Source: Vitrella brassicaformis CCMP3155
Taxonomy: Eukaryota; Protista; Chromerida
NCBI GenBank assembly: GCA_001179505.1
Contig: CDMY01001038.1
Location: forward strand, 1 to 5,509
Direction: 5' to 3'
DNA length: 5,509 nucleotides
Numbering within the stretch: the stretch's first letter is position 1; each line of letters starts with the position of its first letter. Below, piece by piece: positions 1 through 5,509 of the stretch. A model generated the notes under the pieces. That model saw only the letters and a program-made list of their open reading frames with translations. It was not told where the DNA came from and searched no databases. The position numbers and the translations under genes were made by a program.

Positions 1-180
1 ACCCTAAACCCTAAACCCTAAACCCTAAACCCTAAACCCTAAACCCTAAACCCTAAACCCTAAACCCTAGACCCCTAAACCCTAGACCCTAAATCCTAAA
101 CCCTAAACCCTAAACCCTAAAGCCTAAACCCTAAACCCTAAAGCCTAAAGCCTAAACCCTAAAGCCTAAAGCCTAGAGCC
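1..180. repeat. Telomeric repeat array (CCCTAAA)n = (TTTAGGG)n, left chromosome end
   Basis: Seen: 25 units from 2 to 177 plus a partial GCC at 178-180. The first 9 units are perfect. Proximal variants are CCCTAGA (65, 80), CCCCTAAA (72), TCCTAAA (94), GCCTAAA (122, 143, 150, 164) and GCCTAGA (171). The C-rich strand at the 5' edge is the orientation expected for a terminal telomere. Confidence 0.96.
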
Positions 181-219
181 GCGACGACACACAGAAGGTA
201 TGCAAAAATGGAAGGAAAC

Positions 220-263
220 ATGGATGGATGGATGGATGGATGGATGGATGGATGGATGGATGG
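220..263. repeat. (ATGG)11 microsatellite
   Basis: Seen directly. Followed by a (GT)n tract at about 273-299. Confidence 0.95.
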
Positions 264-741
264 AGGCTTGACGTGTGTGTGTGTGTGCGTGTGTGTGTAT
301 GTATGTATGGTGAGCCTCATGCCGACGCTGAAGTCCAGACGGCAGCAGAGGAATATGAGGCCGCACCGGTGCCACCCATAACGGTTTGGGAGGCCCCCGC
401 CGCTGGTGGTGATGGGAGCGTTAAGGCGGGGGAGTCGCCATCACAGTCGGCTGCAGAGATGACGGCACAGCTGAACAACGATGCGGTGAGCCACAAAGGC
501 TGGGCAAGGACAGATGGATTGATGGATGGATGGATGGTCGGTCAGATGGCCCAGGTGGAGGCTGATCAGGAGGAACTTGTCCAGCAGCAGCAAGTGGTCG
601 CTTCGGCCGAGGCAGCCGTCCACACAGACACAGCAGAAACCACCAGCACAGCAGACACCCACCAGATATGTCGGTATGTCTGAATGCATATTTGCGCAAA
701 GGCCTGCCTGTCCCATTTGTGTGTGTGCTGTGTGTGATTAT

Positions 742-773
742 CTCACTCACTCACTCACTCACTCACTCACTCA
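742..773. repeat. (CTCA)8 microsatellite just upstream of the CAG acceptor at 774-776
   Basis: Seen directly. Confidence 0.95.
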
Positions 774-1381
774 CAGGCCGCTGAGACCGCTAAGAATGAG
801 GACACCATAACGGACAAGACAGACAATGAGTGACGTGACGACGGTGATTCTTGTGTGTCGTTTGTTCAGTCAGCAGCAAGCCGTGTGTGGTGTGTCATTT
901 GTGTGTCAAGTATGTATCCATAAGAATTGTAACCCGTCGACGGATGGACAGATGGAGGGCTGGACCAGACCACCCATTCTATCTTGCTGAGCAACACAAC
1001 ACACCCTTGTGTGAGGCAAGCCGCCTTGTCGAATGAGGCCACCCCCATGGTGACTTGGTGCAGGCCTGTGTGTGGTTGTGGGTGAGTGCGTCATTGTGTC
1101 CTCTATCCATCCATGTGTGTGTGTGTCCGTGCTGATCTCATGGCTCGATTGATGAGTGAGTAACTTTGTGGTGACTGTTTGGTCGGGGATTCGGTTGCGT
1201 GAGGGAGGGAGGGAGGGAATTTGCTTTGACAGACAAACAGACAAACAAACAGACAGACAGACACTAAAAGATGGTGAAACAATGTCGAGAGAGACAGTGT
1301 TACAACACACACACAAAGGGAGATCAGATCAGTCCATGGACTGTATGTGTGCAAATGGCTCACTGGCAAGGAACAGTGTAC

Positions 1382-2063
1382 CTGCATGTGGCACTCACAC
1401 ATTCACACACACTCAGCCGCAACGACAGGCTGCCAGTTCTCTTTCCGCTAATAAATCAGCTGCTTACGCATGGCAGGCCAACCCAGAGACGCACAGATGG
1501 ACTCGTAACACACACACACACACGAGGCGGATGGTGGGAGGCACGGGAAAACCTCATCTGCACCATACACACATACAGTCCCCCACACCCGATTGGATGG
1601 GTGTTTTCCTCCTTCCTGCATACGCACACACATCGTGCAGGTCCGCTTCGAGCAACTCATCCACCACACAATAAGGCGGACAAGGTGCTCATCCATGCTG
1701 GGATCATGGTTATCGGCGTCTTACCAGTAAGTCCAGCAGTCCTGAAATCCTGCTGAAGCCGGCGGGTCCTCTGTACAGGCGAGATCGCTGGCTGGCGATA
1801 AGCATACTGTGGTGGTAAGCATCACCTCACAAGCACACCCCTCACACCACACAACTGCAGATCTTCCTGATCTTCGTGTCAGCATGATCCATTTCCTTAC
1901 CCACACACTGTGTCACGTCAACAGAGCCGCGCGATGAGATGTTCCCTTGGGGCGATCCATCTGCGAGCTTAGCGAAGTTTCCGACAGAGACGTTTTCCAC
2001 GAGGACTCCCAACTCTAGCCACCCGCACGCGCAACGCACTGGATCTTTGTTTGCTGTCATCAC
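1382..2063. other. Possible spliced transcription unit of unresolved strand and product
   Basis: Minus strand: introns 1900-1807 (GTAAGG..CCACAG), 1724-1616 (GTAAGA..ATGCAG) and 1467-1382 (GTAAGC..ATGCAG). Plus strand: acceptor GTGCAG at 1640, introns 1727-1778 (GTAAGT..TACAG) and 1815-1860 (GTAAGC..CTGCAG). No recognisable protein in either model. Confidence 0.25.
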
Positions 2064-2113
2064 GTCAGGCCCGTTTCGCTCTCGAACCTCTGCATCAAAC
2101 CCCGGGCGCTGAG

Positions 2114-2207
2114 GTCAGTGCACACACAAGCAGGCAGGCAGGCTCGAGCACAGCAGCATTCCATCCATCCAGCCACTCTGTGTGTGTGTGTGTGCGTGTG
2201 TGTGCAG
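2114..2207 (+). other. Probable 5'-UTR intron of the GPX gene
   Basis: GAG|GTCAGT donor at 2114 and (GT)nGCAG acceptor at 2207, 94 nt, same style as the coding introns. It ends 20 nt before ATG 2228. Splicing it takes the upstream part of the listed ORF 2051 out of frame with the signal peptide. Confidence 0.6.
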
Positions 2208-2227
2208 GCACGCGGACAGACAGGCAG

Positions 2228-4021
2228 ATGGCGCATCGTTCCTCTGCGATGAAGCTGGCACGCGCCCTCCTCACACTGGCAGTGGCGCTCTCATCCGCCG
2301 CCGCAGTGGCCAATGCGTTTCTCCTCAGGCCGTCGTCGCAAGTGGTGCACAGGTGGGTGGCCCACACAGAGCGAGAAAGACTCCACACCGACTCACCGAA
2401 TCCCACCTCTCTCTGTGTGTGTGTGTGTGTGTGTGTGTGGTGCCGGGTGGCTGGCAGGTTATCACCTGGTGCGGCAGCTCCGGGCATTAAGGCCAATCGG
2501 AATGTTGTCCGGATGCAGCAGCAGCCGGGAGAGGGAGGGGGGGAGAAGCCCTTCTATCGCTACACGGCCAAGGTCGGTCTGTCTGTACTAACCACTTCAT
2601 CATCTTGATGGGTGGATGGATGTGTGTGTCTGTGTGTTGGGCAGGACATCGATGGCAATGACGTCGACATGGCTCAGTTCAGGGGCAAGCCCGTCATGGT
2701 CGTCAATGTCGCCAGCAGGTCGGCCGGCCTCTCTCTCCATGTCGGCCTCTGGGCGGATGCGTGTGTGTGTATGTGTGTGTGTGTGTGTGTGTGCAGGTGT
2801 GGCTTCACCAAGGCCAACTAGTGAGTGTAGTGGGTGTGAGGCGGGGAGGGCCACGCACTTCTATGTGTTGTGCCTGCTTCAGCAACGACATGAGCGGCAT
2901 GAAATCACTTGTGGACGAGGGCTTCGAGATCCTGGCGTTCCCTTGCTCGCAGTTTGGGAACCAGGTAGGCAGCAAACACACACACACACACACACACATA
3001 GACATATATATGCACACAGACGCGCAGGCCCTTTAATCCGAGATGTGTGTGTGTGTAGGAGCCACTCCCGAACGACCAGATCAAAGTGTGGGTGAGTATC
3101 CCTCTCCCTCTCTCTCTCTCCCTCTCTGCTCATTGTCTGCCTGCCTGCCTGCCTGTCTGTCTGTGTGTGTCTGTGTGTCTGTCTGTGCAGGTGCAGAATA
3201 AGTACCCAACCTTCCCAGGCCGCTTAATGTCCAAAATCGGTCGGTAACCACGCACCCACGCAGCCATCCATCCATCCAGCCATCCATCCATCCATCCATG
3301 TGTGTGTGTGTGTGTGTGTGTGTGAAGATGTCAACGGCAAGAATGCTCACCCCCTGTTTGAGTACCTCAAGGACAACCTCCCGTCAGGATCGGCGTCACC
3401 CTTGTCAGTCAGACACACGCACACAGACAGACAGACAGACAGACAGAGACGGAGACAGAGAGAGAGAGAGACCGACCTATTGCGCAGCCATGTGTGTGTC
3501 TACTCTCTCTGTGTGGGGTGCCTGTGTGTCTGTGTGGTGTGTGTTCACCGCAGCAACCCCCTGCTAAGTTTCGTCACGGGGAAGGGCCCCAACGACATCC
3601 AGTGGAACTTCGTGAGCACTCACACCGACACCACCACCCACACCCACCCACCCACCCACACCGCCCCCTGCGTGTGAGCATCTCATCTGCTCTCCCTCCC
3701 TCCCTCCCTCCCTGTGTGTGTCGATCAGGAGAAGTTCCTGATCGACCGCAATGGCAACCTCATCAGCCGCCACCCCTCATGTGCTTACTTCAGGAAAGAC
3801 AGACAGAAATGCATTGTGTCTGTGCGCACCTATCGCCCAAAAACGACACAAACAACAGCAACCTCTCTCTCTCTGTCTCTCCATGGACAGTCAAGGCCCC
3901 CAACGACCTCATTCCTGACATCAGACGCCTCCTCGCCCAGCCACCACCACCACCGCCACCACAGCAACAATCGGGAGACAGTCCTGTGACCACACCGACG
4001 GAGAGACAGGCGGCCGCATAG
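2228..4021 (+). CDS. GPX: Glutathione peroxidase-family protein (Cys-type, non-selenium), predicted plastid-targeted, 11 coding exons, 272 aa (265 aa from ATG 2249)
   Basis: Exons 2228-2352, 2458-2572, 2645-2718, 2797-2820, 2883-2964, 3059-3091, 3191-3239, 3328-3403, 3554-3611, 3729-3780, 3891-4021. Total 819 nt, all 10 introns GT-AG (62-150 nt), all phases consistent. Spliced protein: MAHRSSAMKLARALLTLAVALSSAAAVANAFLLRPSSQVVHRLSPGAAAPGIKANRNVVRMQQQPGEGGGEKPFYRYTAKDIDGNDVDMAQFRGKPVMVVNVASRCGFTKANYNDMSGMKSLVDEGFEILAFPCSQFGNQEPLPNDQIKVWVQNKYPTFPGRLMSKIDVNGKNAHPLFEYLKDNLPSGSASPFNPLLSFVTGKGPNDIQWNFEKFLIDRNGNLISRHPSFKAPNDLIPDIRRLLAQPPPPPPPQQQSGDSPVTTPTERQAAA*. GPx signatures: VNVASxCG (peroxidatic Cys, TGT 2798-2800), LAFPCxQFGxQE, KIDVNG..AHPLF.YLK, WNFEKFLIDR.G. 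The donors at 3404 and 3781 are the least certain. Confidence 0.93.
2249..2515 (+). other. Bipartite targeting leader of GPX: signal peptide (2249-2317) plus plastid transit peptide (Phe at 2318 to Met 2513, split by intron 2353-2457)
   Basis: MKLAR, then a hydrophobic core ALLTLAVALSSAAAV, then an A-N-A|F cleavage site. The following FLLRPSSQVVHRLSPGAAAPGIKANRNVVRM has no Asp/Glu, and has 4 Arg and 1 Lys. This matches the signal peptide plus +1 Phe transit peptide pattern established for complex red-derived plastids. Confidence 0.75.
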
Positions 4022-4560
4022 ACACACAAAGAGAGAGAGATGGTGAGAGAATACACACACGCACGCAGACACAGAGAGGGAGGGAGGGATTGTTTGTGCA
4101 TGTGTCTGTGTGTTTAGGCGGTTTGTGTGCCGATTGTCAGAAGGAAAGGACTGAGTGGAGAGTGAGTGAGTGGGGTGGGGGGTGGGGGACTTTCCAGCCG
4201 CCGCAGCAGCCGCCGAACCGAACGAGAGAAGAAATGCCTGCCTTTGTAAACTGAGTGCGACCGCACAGCACTGAGGGAGGGAGGGAGGGAGGGAGCAGTC
4301 TCGACTGACTTTCCCAGACACAGACACAGATACTGGCTGTGTTGTGTGTGGACGTGTGAGCACACCACAGGGAGGGAGGGATACACACTTCAGTTGGGGA
4401 GAGTTTTTGTGTGCAGGTGCCGTTTATGTGGGTGGGGGGCGGTGGGGCGGTGGATGGATGGATGGACTGAGACCGACGGACAAAGTGAGTGAGATTTTGG
4501 ACTTGTAAGCCTTCTTGAAATCGATGATTGGAGGGTGGATGGATGGATGGACGGACGAGC
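4022..4560. repeat. Microsatellite-dense region downstream of GPX: (GA)n, (CA)n, (GAGG)n, (GTGA)n, (GGAT)n
   Basis: Seen directly. These repeats account for the overlapping low-complexity minus-strand ORFs in the track. Confidence 0.8.
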
Positions 4561-4971
4561 CAGCAGTGCGTTCATTGCACACCAGGATACCATTGGAATA
4601 AATGGTGATTCTCTGTGTCGGTGGGTGGAAGCCGTTGTTTTCTGTGTTGGTGTGGATGTCCACAGCTGCACCTCCTCTACGCAGCCCGACTCACCCCTCC
4701 CGCGCCCACCTGCTGGCTGTATCTGTGTGTGTCCGTGTGTGTCTGATGTGTGTGAATGGACGCTTCTCGACTGCGTGTGTCATCGGAGACAGACTGGTTC
4801 AGTACGCGAGATGAGATCTGCACAGCTTCACATTGGTCCACGCACACAGACACGCACAGCTGTACAGTACGAAAGTCAGCGACTCGACAGATAAAGGTGT
4901 CCATCCATGTGTCCATCATTCCACACACCAGCTAGCACATAAAGACCAAACACACTCACACAAATTGAAAT

Positions 4972-5509
4972 CTAAATGGCGGCGTTCCGTTTGAATGCGC
5001 CCATCCCGTCCCTGTGGCACAAACCACACGTGCGCACACCGACAACAAAAGACATACCCCCTCCCACACACACACACACAGAAAGCCACGTCAGTCAAGA
5101 GACCGCTTCTCTGCCCTCACTGTGTGTGTCTGTCAGCCCACAACACAGTGTGTTAAGGTGTCTTGTGCCTCGGTGTGTGTGGGATGGACGAGCTATATCA
5201 GCCGGCACACACACAGGGGAGAACATCCAGCCATCCAGCCATCCATCCAGCCATCCAGCCATCCAGTCATCCATCGGTTCACCAAACAAGGGTCGGCAGA
5301 AAAGCGACGTCTTCCTTTGTGCGCTCGACAGACAGCCTCAGGCTGACGACACACACACATACACGGGATGAGGGCGATGGATGCATTGCTCTGTCTCCTA
5401 CCACTCACCCTCTAAGAGCGACGAGTTGCAGTCAGCTCGATATGCGGCCATGCCCTCTCACGTGTGTCGATGATGAAGTTGGCGCCGACCTCTGTGCGGT
5501 GCAGCTGCC
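4972..5509 (-). CDS. Probable 3' part of a minus-strand spliced gene running off the window edge, product unknown, possibly frame-disrupted
   Basis: Minus 5507-5412 reads QLHRTEVGANFIIDTRERAWPHIELTATRRS*, with 13 of the first 15 codons ending in G/C. Intron 5408-5343 (GTGAGT..(GT)nCGTCAG). Exon 5342-5283 (LRLSVERTKEDVAFLPTLV). Donor GTGAAC at 5282. Acceptors at 5193 or 5012, the latter giving a phase-consistent W-DGMGAFKRNAAI* (stop 4974-4972). Confidence 0.4.

Larger units (their letters stand above)
180..833 (+). pseudogene. Putative spliced gene or gene fragment encoding an acidic Ala/Glu/Thr-rich low-complexity protein, possibly 5'-truncated by the telomere
   Basis: Donor AAG|GTATGC at 198. 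Coding-like stretch from about 303/339 to 485 ([49 protein letters not shown]). In-frame 60-nt intron 486-545 (GTGAGC..GTCAG) with ATGG repeats. Exon 546-673 (MAQVEADQEELVQQQQVVASAEAAVHTDTAETTSTADTHQ). Intron 674-776 (GTATGT..CACAG). The last exon reads either RPLRPLRMRTP* (stop 808-810, phase-consistent) or AAETAKNEDTITDKTDNE* (stop 831-833, compositionally better but out of phase). No family recognised. Confidence 0.35.

Noticed and set aside
1450-1455. AATAAA here and at about 4597-4602 as polyadenylation signals
   Set aside because: Isolated hexamers not tied to a confident gene end, and this signal is not established for the inferred lineage.
2051-2608. Listed 185-aa ORF as a standalone gene
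   Set aside because: It is GPX exons 1-2 read through a stop-free 105-nt intron and UTR repeats. The same applies to listed ORFs 2612, 2761, 3300, 3494 and 3714.
2798-2800. Selenocysteine GPx
   Set aside because: The active-site codon is TGT (Cys), and the spliced CDS has no in-frame TGA. No SECIS element could be recognised by eye.
4490-4535. Minus-strand IIDFKKAYK resembling the non-LTR reverse transcriptase motif DFxKAFD/AYD
   Set aside because: The conserved final Asp is missing, the flanks are microsatellites, and no other RT motifs are present.
4560-4910. Possible plus-strand exons with a 45-nt intron at 4621-4665
   Set aside because: No start codon, no recognisable protein, and equally weak signals on the minus strand.
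5440-5507. EVGANFIIDT resembling the GADxVID motif of MDR or HAD enzymes
   Set aside because: Too short and generic to assign a family without a search.
1-5509. CRISPR array, rRNA/tRNA genes or transposon ends
   Set aside because: All repeats are telomeric or 2-4 nt microsatellites. No spaced repeats, cloverleaf, terminal inverted repeats or transposase motifs were seen.

Overview
Eukaryotic chromosome end. Bases 1-180 are a (CCCTAAA)n telomere (TTTAGGG on the G-strand), followed with no subtelomeric buffer by gene-dense, microsatellite-rich DNA containing many short GT-AG introns. This style, plus a signal peptide-Phe-transit peptide leader, suggests a chromerid or related alveolate such as Vitrella (inference only). 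One gene can be rebuilt by hand: an 11-coding-exon Cys-type glutathione peroxidase-family gene (+, 2228-4021, 272 aa) with a bipartite plastid-targeting leader. It lacks the canonical resolving Cys and has a long pre-WNF loop and a polyproline tail. It is flanked by weaker spliced coding-like fragments: an acidic low-complexity fragment joined to the telomere, a strand-ambiguous spliced region at about 1380-2063, and the 3' end of a minus-strand gene at the right edge. Several introns carry complementary (CA/GA) repeats near the donor and (GT/CT) repeats near the acceptor. Most ORFs in the supplied track are microsatellite read-throughs.
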